Below, in pieces: positions 12,301 to 24,484 of a DNA stretch of 48,815 bases. Numbering within the stretch: position 1 is the first letter of the stretch; each line of letters begins with the position of its first letter. The DNA is from Octopus bimaculoides (taxonomy: Eukaryota): contig NC_068982.1 of assembly GCF_001194135.2 (NCBI RefSeq), forward strand, positions 185,323,878 through 185,372,692, read 5' to 3'. The position numbers and the translations under genes were made by a program. Below the pieces are notes generated by a model. The model did no database searches. It worked only from the letters and a program-made list of their open reading frames with translations, and was not told the DNA's origin.

Positions 12301-12881
12301 GTACCGTTGACGTTTTCAGCACAGTCAGACCTACTCCTGTTGCCAGACTTGTCAGAGATCCAAGATTTATATTTCACGTTACAGGAAAAATTGCTCGCGT
12401 AAAGGGAGCTCTGTAGTGAAGTTGGTATTTGTTATTTCCTAGTATCACTATTTTCGCCGTAGAGGAGATACATCCAGTTCCAAGCTACAGGAGGTTACTG
12501 GACGTTTATTCTGGTGGAAACCGCCTTAAAGCAAATCGCCACTCTGTTTTTCTCTCAGAGTTACTCTAATAACCTTTACCTTTCTTGATTCGCCCACAAG
12601 GCATTAGAGAAGTGATTGATAAATGTCGGGGCGTATTCACCTACGTATGTCTGCATACTATATTTCTGGGGTCCGAGATTCTCTGCAATGTCAGTCTAGG
12701 GCCCGCCAAGTAATCACTTTCAAAGTGAGGGCTGATAGCAGTCTTAGTGTGAGAAAAGCTGTAGACTGGCAACAAAGACTAGACACATTAAACTGCTTCC
12801 TATTCAACCGCAAGGGCACCGAACTGAAAGCAAGAAGGTTTCAACCACTACTCTACCTGATGCACCATATAACCCTACACC

Positions 12882-12884
<3 letters not shown>

Positions 12885-12927
<43 letters not shown>

Positions 12928-12940
12928 CACATGCACGCAC

Positions 12941-12971
<31 letters not shown>

Positions 12972-13031
12972 TGTATGTATGTNNNNNNNNNNTATGTATG
13001 TAAGTATATGTATGATAGATCTCTAGCCACT

Positions 13032-13075
<44 letters not shown>
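12885..13075. repeat. Compound (CA)n/(TATG)n/(TA)n microsatellite
   Basis: Direct reading of the sequence. Confidence 0.95.
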
Positions 13076-13079
<4 letters not shown>

Positions 13080-13336
13080 CGATATTCATGCAAGTGTATG
13101 AATTAGTTATTATTTTAGCATTGATAGTGAATGAGCATTCCCTCACCCACCACCATCCCACACTCCTCCCACTCACGTTGTCTACAGACCTCAATTTCCT
13201 GAGTTACTAAGACACCTATTGCTTATTGCTTATTAAATTTGCACGAAGAGAATAGTTAGAGTGTTGGAGGCGAAGGAGGTAGGTCGTGTAAAGTAGCAGA
13301 CACGACTGCATTAACAACATACAAACACCAGCCGAC

Positions 13337-13545
13337 GTGGTCGCTCTGTCTGCAAGAAATAGCAACCACATTTCCCTCAAATTACACACCCTACTCTATC
13401 AATGCATGAAGGGTAAAGACACATTGGATAATGTAATTCTAGACACACTATGCCTGAGAAAAGAAATGAATGGTGGATTGGTTATGTTTGCTGCTGTTTC
13501 GACCGTAGGCCTGTTCAATGGGAACCGACTCAATGGGAGTTAAAC
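13337..13545 (+). repeat. Interspersed repeat (SINE/LINE-tail-like); related pieces near 14990-15060 (-) and 16070-16150 (+)
   Basis: Motif GTCGCTC..CTGC.AGAAATAGCA.CCA.AT.TCCCTCAAAT recurs in both orientations and ends in an (ACC)/(ACT) tail. Confidence 0.5.
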
Positions 13546-13994
13546 ACCACCACCACCGCCACCACCTACTACTACAACTACTACTACTACAGCAAGGTGC
13601 AGTGATGTTAAAGGTAACAGTTAAAGGTAATGTACCAATTTACTGATTATCATCGTCTTTGATAATGATTTCAAATAAATTTGGAGCCTTTTTATCTATT
13701 GTTCTTATAATCTTTTTGTAAGATGTGTCGATGTTTCTCAGATGGTAGAGTGTCGGAGCTCAAATTTTACCGTGACAAAAAAAAAAAAAGTACTGGTCCA
13801 ATATAAGTCAACTTTTCATCTAGCCCTCCCCATGTAGTACCAGTAAATTTTCGGAGTTACTATAATCGACTATTTCCCAAATGCTACCCCAATATGGGGA
13901 AAATTTGGCTTTATGCCTGAAAGTAATCATTGCGGATTTTTTTTTACATAGACACAAGTCCATAAATCTCTGAAGCGAGAAATAGATGCAGATG

Positions 13995-14090
13995 ATTAAA
14001 TCGACCCAGTACTTCACTGATATTATATTTCATTGATCCTAGGAGAATAGAAAACAAAGTTGACGTCGGCGGGATTTGAACTCAGCACTA
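13995..14090 (-). mobile_element. tRNA-derived SINE fragment
   Basis: TCGACCCAGTAC...AAAGTTGAC.TCGGCGGGATTTGAACTCAG is the reverse complement of the SINE core and B box. Confidence 0.55.
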
Positions 14091-14094
14091 TATT

Positions 14095-14790
14095 GGGTGC
14101 AGCTCTCTGCTATTAATATTCAGCAGAGTTCAAACTTTTGGCCAAGGAGTTGGGGCTTACTGTCGGTGATCTGGCCGGTGGTGCACAGACACGCAACATC
14201 CCGAATAGATTTATCCATGACAGCCTCCACCTTATGCGATGCAAATAAAGGGAATGGGTGAGAAACTTAGCATAGGTCGAAAGTCTTCAGTAGGATCAAC
14301 CACTCAGTGCAGCAGATGTTCTCACCGCAGGTAGTTTTGGTCCGCTTTTAAGAGCTGGATCGCAGCAATGTATACTGACATCTGCTCGGTGGTTAAATGG
14401 CCATCTACTGAAACCGTTTAATAACACGTGCTCGGTCCGTCAAAGTTGTCCACCACTCTCGTCCCCTCTATATGTATTGACTCTAGAACCACTACTGCCG
14501 AAACTAGAGACTTTGAGGGGCATCCCGCGAGAACTAGAATGCAGATCTTTACCGGTCTGTGCCGACGATGTCAGCATAAGAGTGTTTTACACTAGGAATA
14601 CTGAGGTGATCGGCACCACTCTAAGAGAGTACGAAGCGGTGACGGAAGCCAAAATTAAAACCATGAAAAGTCGATTGCCTTGCAATTGGGCACCTGTAGA
14701 GGCAGGTCCATGCCGTCCAAAGGCGCCGAGTGGATACTGGACACAGAACGATTAAATTACTCGGTGTTTAGTTTGGTCCAAATCATCAGG
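14095..14790 (+). pseudogene. Tx1/L1-clade reverse transcriptase fragment
   Basis: ORF 14477-14755 has LEPLLPKL and VCADDVS (YADD motif) and EYEAVTEAKI. Upstream frames give SVRQ.CP and QTCAIPNR.IHD-like RT motifs. Confidence 0.85.
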
Positions 14791-15458
14791 AAAACAAAAA
14801 CTGAAACTAAGTGACGAGCAAGTCTCACCTAGAAATGGGCCGAGAAGAAGCTATCGCTGAATTGTCTGGTGGCCATAAATAAAAAGATTGAGTTATATAC
14901 GAAATTGAAGGGGTTGAAGGCAGACACCTTACTTTTCCATCTTTTTAGTGAGGAATTCTTAGGATTATATTATTCAAAGTATTCTTTTCCTAATAAGAAA
15001 GACAATGGGATGTTATTTGAGGGAGATTTGGTTGCTATTTGCAGCAGGTTAGACGACTAAATAGAGACTCCTCCGTTAGAAGTATTTAGTTCGGTAGAGT
15101 ATTTAGTACGGATAACCACTCAGTGGGTAGAAGGTTTAATAGAGTAGTCACTCATTAGAGGATAGTATGTTTATTAGGGTTATAGTGGATCTATTTAGGG
15201 TAGCCATCATATTGTGGGTGGAGTACAGTTGCTTATATCGGTTCTTTGCTACAAGAAAAAAAAAGGCAATGATGGAGCATCTATGTAGTCATTTGTTCTG
15301 CTAAAAATAACAGTTACAACTCCTTTAAAACGTAAAAGCTTAACAACTACAGAAAATAGAACAATGTAGAAGCAGATGTCTGAGATATCTGAGTGTCTGA
15401 CAAGTGTGCTTGAACCAGGCTGATTTGGGCGAAATAACAGCCACTACCATATTGGCTT

Positions 15459-15665
15459 AACATTTTGGCACAAAGACAGAAATTTGTGGGGAGGGATTAA
15501 GTCGATTACATCGACCCCAGTGTTCAATTGGTACTTATTTTATCGACCCCGAAGGGATGAAAAGCAAAGGCGAACTCAGTGAAATTTAAACTCAGAACGT
15601 AAAATCGGAAGAAATACCACTAGGTACTTTTTCCGGCGTGGTAATGATTCTGCCAGCTCACCGCC
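15459..15665 (-). mobile_element. tRNA-derived SINE
   Basis: Reverse complement of the GGCGGTGAGCTGGCAGAATC head, B box and TCGACCCC core. Confidence 0.85.
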
Positions 15666-15680
15666 TTCCCATGTCTTAAA

Positions 15681-15897
15681 ATATTGGTTTCAAATTTTGG
15701 TTCAAGGTCAGCAATTTTGGTGAAGGGGGTAAGTCGATTACGTAGACCCCAGTGCTCAACTGGTATTTATTTTATAGACCCCCGAGAGGATGAAAGGCAA
15801 AGTCAACCCGGTGGAATTTGAACTCAGAATGTGAAGACGGACGACATGCCACCCAGTATTTTGCCCGGCGTGCTAACGATTCTGCTAGCTCGCCGCC
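15681..15897 (-). mobile_element. tRNA-derived SINE
   Basis: Reverse complement of GGCGGCGAGCTAGCAGAATCGTTAGCACGCCGGGC...GAGTTCAAATTCC. Confidence 0.9.
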
Positions 15898-16159
15898 TTA
15901 ATAGTCACGGCCATATTGGAAAGAAGAATGAAAGGCAATGTCGATTTCTGCTGTATTTGAACACAGAACATAAAGAGATGTAACTAGATATCCGTAACTA
16001 CACTCAACTGATTCTGTCATTCACCCCATTCGAGTACTGATGGTTTATTCCAGCCAACGAGGAAGCAGTTGTTGCTCGACCTGGTAGAAACACCTGCTAA
16101 ATTCCCCTCAGATCGCACTCCCTTGTTTTAAATATAGGATATATTCGCTATTTGTTTTT

Positions 16160-16366
16160 TAACTTAGGCGCATGCCAGCAATTTTGAGGGGAAGGGATTA
16201 GTCGATACCACCGATCTCAATACTTGACTGGTACTTTAGTCTATCGACCCCGGAGGGAGGAAAAACAAAGTTGGTCTCAGCAGGATTCGAACTCGGTATG
16301 TAAGGAGTTGGAACAAATACCGCAAGGCGTTTTCCGACGCTCTTACGATTTTGCCAATCCACTGCA
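16160..16366 (-). mobile_element. Older tRNA-derived SINE
   Basis: Diverged head, B box GAGTTCGAATCC, and core on the minus strand. Confidence 0.7.
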
Positions 16367-16517
16367 ATAAGGATACATTCGATAATGTACTCTTAGACGT
16401 ACTCCACCACACATAATTATGGTGTGGTAACGGGGAGAAAACCTCTGGTTACATATCTGTTCGTTCTGTGTCTACTCAAGGCAAAACAACAATAAAGACA
16501 TCAAACTTCTGATATCA

Positions 16518-16760
16518 CAGGGTGATTCACTTTACTAATAAACTACAGCATTCCCAAATCTAAATAGCAATTTATTTTGTTGAAATAAATGTTTATTTGA
16601 AACAAATAAAACGAATCAAACTTAGATGGCGTTTTTTTAACCTTCGCCTCAAGCGTTCCAATTGGAATTCATTTCAAAGTTAAGATTTTAAATCATTCTT
16701 AACACGCCATGGCTGTTGCAGTGATCTCGTAACTGAAGTTATCTTTCGCCACATTTCTTT
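16518..16760 (-). mobile_element. Possible Tc1/mariner 3' end fragment
   Basis: ACAGGGTG TIR-like start; only weak similarity to a mariner C-terminus. Confidence 0.3.
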
Positions 16761-18506
16761 ACAGAAAAGAACACCATTAGAGAGCTCTTGGAAACTAAGG
16801 TAACGCTCAGTCTTCTATTCAAAGGATTGAATTTTATCTAAAATGTCTGCCTGCTTGTCTGTCTGTCTGTCAGTCTCTCTCCCTTCTTCTCTCTTCACAC
16901 ACACACACACACACACTTGTCTTTTATCAGCTCGTAGATGATTGCGTAGCAAGTGGCAACTCGCTACAGGGTGAGCAAACAGCAGAGGAAGAATTCCCAC
17001 GAAGCAAGTGTTTCGGCTCTTGACTTTCTAAGGGATCGGGGCCCACCTAGGCCATGAACTCCTAGGTGCTCTCCTGCTGTTTTGAAGTGACACCGTTTGT
17101 TGGAATTGTTCTCGGAATCTAAATGCACTGATTTATTGTCTTTTTATAAGTTAATATAGCCGTCTCTCATCTTGTACACGTGATTAGTGTCTGGTGCGGT
17201 CTTCAACATTTTTATGGCTAAAAATATAGTCGCAACTAAAATCTTCGTAAGTGCAGGTAATGTCTCGGTTGGCACTGTTTCTGTTCCTGGTCGTGGACAA
17301 TTCACTTCACTTAGCATATTGATGCCATTCAGAAAAGCATTCCTCCGTTTTCCTACGTTTTTGGCGATATTCAGAGAATATATATATATATATATTATAT
17401 ATTTTATTATCTTTATCTTATCATTTTATTATCTTTTATTATTATTTTATTATCATTTTATTATCTTTATCTTATGATATTTAATAAATTGATTTTAATT
17501 GAGTTTTTACCTGTAAATTTTGATTTTATCCCTATATATANNNNNNNNNNNNNNNNNNNNNNNNNNNNNNNNNNNNNNNNNNNNNNNNNNNNNNNNNNNN
17601 NNNNNNNNNNNNNNNNNNNNNNNNNNNNNNNNNNNNNNNNNNNNNNNNNNNNNNNNNNNNNNNNNNNNNNNNNNNNNNNNNNNNNNNNNNNNNNNNNNNN
17701 NNNNNNNNNNNNNNNNNNNNNNNNNNNNNNNNNNNNNNNNNNNNNNNNNNNNNNNNNNNNNNNNNNNNNNNNNNNNNNNNNNNNNNNNNNNNNNNNNNNN
17801 NNNNNNNNNNNNNNNNNNNNNNNNNNNNNNNNNNNNNNNNNNNNNNNNNNNNNNNNNNNNNNNNNNNNNNNNNNNNNNNNNNNNNNNNNNNNNNNNNNNN
17901 NNNNNNNNNAAGTTGTTTAGTCTGGAGTTCAGCGTTCCGTCTATTTCTTCAATTTTTTAGTAGAAAGTCAGGTATACAATCTAAAGATGTATAACCCACT
18001 TTCTACTAAACTGTTAATAAAAGTCAAGGGTGCGTTGTGTATTGTTACTTAATAAATGAAAAGAATGCATTGTAAATAAACAACGAGATAAAAAAAAACA
18101 TATACGTATGCCGAGTGTAGAACCCGACGGGAAACAGACATAGAAGGTCCCTGATTCTTCATCAGTAGTCAACCAAATGGTAATACTCAGTTTCGCACCA
18201 TTAATGATAAGACTGAGAACGTCCCATGCTGGCGGTACCCGCGAAACCGCGGAGAATGTAAGGCCTCGAGCAAACAAAACAACACACAGTGGGCATACGA
18301 AGATATAAAAAAGATATATTATTTAAGACAAAGACTAAATAAAGAGGAAATGAGCAAAATACAACCTTAGGGCCTAAAAGACACACACACACACATCGGA
18401 GTTTGTGTGATTGGGCACAAATAAATATATTTGTCAATGAAATTCCAACATGGTCTGAGTTTCACATTCTACTTTTGTACCTTTAACAATTTTACAATAT
18501 TACATA

Positions 18507-19413
18507 CTAGCAGACATACCTGCCGTTGCTCGGGATTTAAATGACATAGTTTGTATATATGGTACAGTTAAGTTGGAACATGTGATACAGGGAAGTGCAG
18601 CGTTGACGACAAAACATTTGTGGAGTAAATGAAGGGCTAATTCGACTGACATGCCATGCGTCTGTTTGGAAGATTCCAGGCCCTAACCTTGTCATGGAAA
18701 AGCGGGTGGTGGGGGTATGTGATTTTTGAACGCGCCAAAAAGCTCTCAATGAATATACTCTCCTTTGCGGTAGTCGGCGCTGCAGTTACAATACTGAACA
18801 ACCAGCAGACATAGGAGCTACATCTATGTGATAAATTAAGGTTGTGGGCGCGCTCAACTGCACCACATGAGAGAAATCTACATGAAAGAAATGATGTGGT
18901 AAGGGGGTGGATTGGCTGCAGCTGTTACGAATACTAAGCTGCTCATCGCTTTCCATTGTTCTTGCAATAGTTGTGCATGCAGCGTTTTGTGATTGTCTAA
19001 TTGAAGTCTCCTTCTTTTCAATTTCTCTACTACCGCCGTTTTTCGACCAATGAAAGATCTCTTCTTTGGAGACATTATGTCAAAAAATATAACGTAATTA
19101 ACTAAGATGATAACGGTACGTTAATAATGAAATGTCAATAAAAAAAGGTAAATAATATCAATATCTTAGCAAATTTTAAGAAAAGTTACTTCGCAAAGAG
19201 TTACCCTCCTTCTCCACAGTAGTAGCACTTACCACGGGAAAGGGGGTTTTCTGATCTCAGAGACCCCATTACTCATTATGTGAAAAAATTTAAGAGTCTA
19301 AAACCATCTCTAGAACACAAGTAATGTATATTCTCAGTTTGAAGAAAATCAGTTTCGAATTTCAGAAGTTATGCGGGTTTACACACATACATACTGAGTT
19401 TTATATATATAGA
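18507..19413 (-). mobile_element. Non-autonomous Helitron
   Basis: Minus strand begins TC(TATATATATAAAAC), ends with a CCCGAGCAACGGCAGG subterminal motif then CTAG, and sits between A and T. Internal ORF 18878-19075 (MSPKKRSFIGRKT..) resembles RepHel N-termini. Confidence 0.75.
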
Positions 19414-19869
19414 TTATGACAATACAAATACTTTCATGCTTTCCCCAGTATTCAGATTTATACAGTAGCAGTATTAATCGACATTATATATATTATGAGG
19501 AACATGGTATCGGTTCGGTTAGGTTAGGTTACCTGCTTAGCTATCGCTGACGGATTAGAATTGTCAGTGTAGAAACGATGTAACTCTGATCAATTTATTT
19601 GAATCGAAACGTTAAAGTGTGGAGTAGTGACTGCTGAAAAGCACAATAACCGTAGTGATACTATTCAGTCTCGTGTCTCCCCAGATCTAGCAGAGTATGA
19701 TCGAAGGTATTTCAGTTTTCCGCCTTCAAAGATGGTATATTATGGCTATTATTTATAGCAGATCAACTGAGCTTGCAGTAACTCCCACCCTGGCTCGTGT
19801 TTCTTTGAATGGTGCAGCAGAATAAGATGATCTGATAAGACCAAAGACACTAATAGCTAGATAATGGGC

Positions 19870-20370
19870 GTTTTGTGGGGGAAGGGCGAGGTGTTGATGC
19901 ATCCCTCAGGAATATGGCCAGCAGTGGATATTAACTGGTAAAAATGGCTGACAGGGTGAGTGTGGCAACCAGGAAAAGTTGTGTACATAGAAGTAGTTGG
20001 TGATGATAGCTTCAAAGAAGACTGATGTGAGGTAGATGCCTTCGATATAAGAAGAGATTGTTGAAGAACTGTTGGTAGGGGGAGGAGTTTGGAGAGTGTT
20101 CGAAAAAGTTGATAAATTTAAAGAATTGGTAAAGGGTGATTTGGAACCAGAGCCGACTTCTAGTGTCTCTGGTTTTACTGTTGATAGCCAGTCGAACGGG
20201 ATGATTGGTGGGATGTGTAGTACTGCACATGAGCAGATACCATATTTCAAAATCAATTTATAGATGAAGTCTGGACAGGAGAGATAATTCAAAGATATGT
20301 GCAAGAGATTGTTGTCTTAGAGAGGATTATCTGTGGTATGTGGTTTCTGTTCTTGTTTAGTCTCCAGGTA
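19870..20370 (-). pseudogene. CR1/L2-like LINE endonuclease remnant
   Basis: LWFQITL..SPNSS..QQFFNNL and EAIITNYFYVHNFSWL (degenerate GDFNVH motif) in two frames. Confidence 0.5.
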
Positions 20371-20603
20371 AGAGCTAACCAAGCAGACCTACAATTAAAG
20401 CTAATTTTATAGACAAGATCCACACATAACAGCATCATTATTTATTTTCCAAAAATTTCGATTGGCTGATATCATTCTAGTTATTTTCCTTGGTTATTTG
20501 TTTTTAAAGACTTTCAACACACTTGGAGGCAGTTTATATCTTACTTATTGCAAGACTAACCTCAGTTAACCGAATCTTTCCAACTCACTTTATTACATAT
20601 GTT

Positions 20604-21030
20604 GGATCTTTTCGGTTTGGCTCATTTCCGATTTCATTGAAACTTTCTTCACAACTGGAGTGGTGCTGCATGCCAATTACGAAAGTCACAACCAGTTCTT
20701 GGAGAAAAAAAGAAAAAGGCTACGAACCTTTAAAGGCTGGAATTTTTTGAATTAGGGTTAGGGTTTGTAATGCATCATAGAATTTCATTTTGAATATTAA
20801 TTTATCTTTTTTCATTTTCTTTCATAAAATATTTTCACCTTTAAATGCATTTAGCATTAATTTCTCAAAAAATAGAAGTGATTTTCGTAACATCGCGTTT
20901 CGAAAACAAAATCAAAGGCAACGTGGCGCTTTCGATAACATCGTTACAGCGTGTAAAGAATAAATGTATTTGATTGGCTAAAATAACAAAATACTTCAGT
21001 TTTAAAATTCATGACAGTACATGTGCACTA
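20604..21030. mobile_element. Diverged member of the GGATC-ended TTAGGG-bearing MITE group
   Basis: Starts GGATCTTTTC (reverse complement of the 39036-39045 end), carries TTAGGGTTAGGGTT near 20752 and the shared CGTTACAGCG...TGATTGG block. Right boundary uncertain. Confidence 0.45.
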
Positions 21031-21337
21031 TTTTAAGAGTATTACAGTATTATAGTACATGTGCACCATTGTAAGAGTAATTTCCTGTACGAGCTGAGAC
21101 TCGTGCGAATTTTAGTCTTGATGTACTATAGTGGAAATCCGCAGTACGAACGAGCTTCCTATAAGCGACCGCTAGTCGGCGCTGGGCTCGCACACTCTCT
21201 CCCAACAAGCGCAGCTTCCACTCGCTCAGTTCACGTGTTTATCTCGTAATGGCAGCATCCCTATTGCGCTTTTCTCAGCATTTTAAAAAGTTTTGTGCGT
21301 TTTTTCTATTATTTTATGATAATTAGTTGTGTTGGCC

Positions 21338-22800
21338 ATGGATCCTAAGAAGGTTAGTGCAAAAGACACTGCTGTGAAGAAGAAGAAGAAAAAAAAGCTG
21401 ATATGATAGAATTGGAGAAGGAAATCATTGATAGAGGAATGCGTGTAGTGGACATAACACGTAACTGCGACCAAAGCACGTCGACGATCTGCACCATCCT
21501 GAAGAGAAAGGATGAGATCAAGGCCGTTACAACAGCAAAGGGTGTCTCTAGGCTCCCCAAGCAATGCACATCTGACCACGAAAAGATGGAAAAATTACTT
21601 TTCCTGTGGATCAACGAGATGCAAGTCGCAGGGGGTACGATTACGGAGACCATCGTCTGCAAGAAATCACAAGCGCTGTATAGGGAATTCCTGAACAGAA
21701 CCCTGGAACATCGACGGAGGAGACATCAGCAAACGCATTTAAGGCCAGTCGCGGCTGGTTCGATAGTTGTTAAGAAGAGGACAGGTGTTCATAGGTATAG
21801 AGAAGCAGCAAGTTCTATCTGACACGAAGGTAGCTGAATATTTCGTGCGTGAATTCCGTCAGCTCACCGCAGCCAAGGGGTACATCGCACAACAGGCATT
21901 CAACTATGATAAAACTGGCCATTTTTGGTAAAAAAAAAAAAAGGTTCCCCCAAAACCTACATAACTGCAGAGGAGAAGAAAATGCCAGGCCACAAGCCTA
22001 TGAAAGATTGTCTAACTCTCACCCTTTGTGCCAATGTGAGTGGAGACTTGAAGATTAAGCCGCTCTTTGTCTACCATTCCGAAAATCCACGAGCGTTCAA
22101 GTCACACAAAATCCTGAAGGAGAAGATGCAGGTCATGTGGAGAGCAAACGTTAAGGCCTGAGTCACCAGGCAATTCTGCACCGAGTGGGTCAACCTTATC
22201 TTCGGACCAGCAGTGAAAAAGTACCTTCTGGAGAACGATCTTCCTCTCAAGGCCTTCCTCATCCTCAACAATGCTCCTGCTCACTTTCCTAACATTGAAG
22301 ATGATATCTTGGACGAATTTAAATTCATAAAAGTTCTATACCTTTCACGCAACACCACCCCTATCTTGCAGTCCATGTACACCAAACACCTCTTTCGTCG
22401 GTGCTTTGAAGTCACTGAAAATACAAATCTAATCCTTCTTAGTTTTGGAAGGAGCACTACAACATTATTAACTGCCTGAAAATCATCAATATGGCCTGGC
22501 ACTTAGAGGAGCTGACAACAGATGAACTCCTGTAGCTTCAAGAGCAGCAGCATTCAGATGCGGCGGAAGAGATTGATTCCCTGGAGGAGGACAGTGTAGC
22601 GGAGAAGGCTATCTCTACGAATGACATAAAGGCAGTGTTGGCAAAGTGGCCGTACGTTTCTGAATTTGTAGAAAAATATCACTCTGAAGAAGTATCTACA
22701 AGTGCATTCTTCTCTTGATATGTTTCGAATGATACGATCTGCAAGTGTGAAAAGTGAAGAAAGTGTGTCCAAAAAGTTTAAATTAAGCAAAGTGAGAGAG
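21338..22800 (+). pseudogene. Tigger transposase (CENP-B HTH + DDE_1), multiple frameshifts
   Basis: MDPKKVSAK, STICTILKRKDEIK, MEKLLFLWINE, CLTLTLCANVSGD.KIKPLFVYHSENPRAFK, AFLILNNAPAH. Confidence 0.9.
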
Positions 22801-23031
22801 AAAACGCCGGAAATTGTTCTTCTTGAAGTCTTAATTGGAAGGAGATCCTCTTTCCAAACAATAATCCTCATCCTCCCCACTCCACCGTCTTTCTCGTGCA
22901 TAAATCATCTCATCTTTAAGGTAATTAAATTAATAAAACCAGTTTACATATTTCTTTTGTATTCTCTTTTGCTACGTAAGGCGGCGAGCTGGCAGAAACG
23001 TTAGCTCGCCGGTCGAACTGCTTCGCGGTAT

Positions 23032-24478
23032 AACGGCTCTGTGAATTATTGTGAATACTGTTGTGTTACTTTGTGAAAAAAGTCGCGGTAAATAAATGTG
23101 ATTTTTGTGGAATTATTACGGTTACATTTCACGCGAGCTGCTGCAATTTTCCCCAGCTATGACAAGTGGTAGTGTCTCCAGTATGGAGAGCTATGTCAAG
23201 GCCACTGCGGTGAGGAAGCCAGTGCCGCTGGAAACCAAGTTAATCAAGTTGTATATGGAGGAGGTGACCAGAAGCAGGAATTTGATAGAAGTTGAGGGAG
23301 ACTCATACAAATTGTGTCCCCCANNNNNNNNNNNNNNNNNNNNNNNNNNNNNNNNNNNNNNNNNNNNNNNNNNNNNNNNNNNNNNNNNNNNNNNNNNNNN
23401 NNNNNNNNNNNNNNNNNNNNNNNNNNNNNNNNNNNNNNNNNNNNNNNNNNNNNNNNNNNNNNNNNNNNNNNNNNNNNNNNNNNNNNNNNNNNNNNNNNNN
23501 NNNNNNNNNNNNNNNNNNNNNNNNNNNNNNNNNNNNNNNNNNNNNNNNNNNNNNNNNNNNNNNNNNNNNNNNNNNNNNNNNNNNNNNNNAATTGGGACCA
23601 GTGGCGAAATCAAAAGTGCATAAATGGTGGGGATTTCGACTCGAAATGTGGCTTTTTGCCACATTCGAGGACATAGAAAGAATTCCCTACCAGATAGAAG
23701 TGGAGGATGAGAGAACGTTAAATGTTGTAGTCGAGGGAAGGATACCAAATTGCTACATACGCGGGGAAAGAGGTCATATGAAGACCAAATGCCCCCTATA
23801 TGAGTTCACACAGCCACAGCAAGAGAAAGCACAAGCAGAGGAGAAAAACATTGTAGACCACACTGAGGAAATGAAAGAGAGACAGAAGTGTGAAACAGCG
23901 AAAACGAAGAAGAACGAAAATGGAGCTACTAACCCTAAAAAGCGAAAGAAAAATAAGTCAAAGGAACGGTCAACAAAAAAGAAATAGAAAAGCCAGAAAC
24001 TAACAATGTACCTGAGGAGGAGAGAACGGATAAAGATGTCAAATACAAGAGGGTTTTGATAAAGTACGAGAATTGCGAGCAGATGGAGAGAAAAGTCGAG
24101 AGGTTGGAGGAGATAATAAGAGTGAAAATGCCAGAGAAATGTGCCGAGAAATGCATTTTGATACGTGAGGAAAGCTGCTGAGAGTGCATAGAAGAACTTG
24201 GTGAAAATATAATAACGAAACGGGTATGGTTGGTGGAGACACCACCCGCTAGAACTGATTATTTACATGACGTTGAATGTAAAAGTGAAAAACTGGATAA
24301 ATGTAACCACCCGACTTCGGGGGTCGAGTGGACATTGCGCCTCATTTTTTTCATTCTTGCATATTACTATTTTATTTTAAATTACCCCGATTTTATGTTT
24401 ACTGCGTTTTGTACTGTCTTTATGTTTTGTGATGTCTTAAAAATTCTTTGTATAGCCCTTTATGGGTAATAAAGAAAT
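23032..24478 (+). mobile_element. ORF1-only Tx1-like non-LTR element, copy 1
   Basis: Gag-like ORF1 with VEGRIPNCYIRGERGHMKTKCP knuckle. 3' end AGCCCTTTATGGGTAATAAAGAAAT. Flanked by CGGTAT on both sides. Confidence 0.85.
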
Positions 24479-24484
24479 CGGTAT

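Noticed and set aside
15459-16366. Regularly spaced similar sequences as a CRISPR-like array
   Set aside because: They are ~210-bp SINE copies in a eukaryotic genome, with no short repeat-spacer structure or cas genes.
19510-19535. (GGTTA)n insect-type telomere repeat
   Set aside because: Only about three units; expected by chance or inside a repeat.
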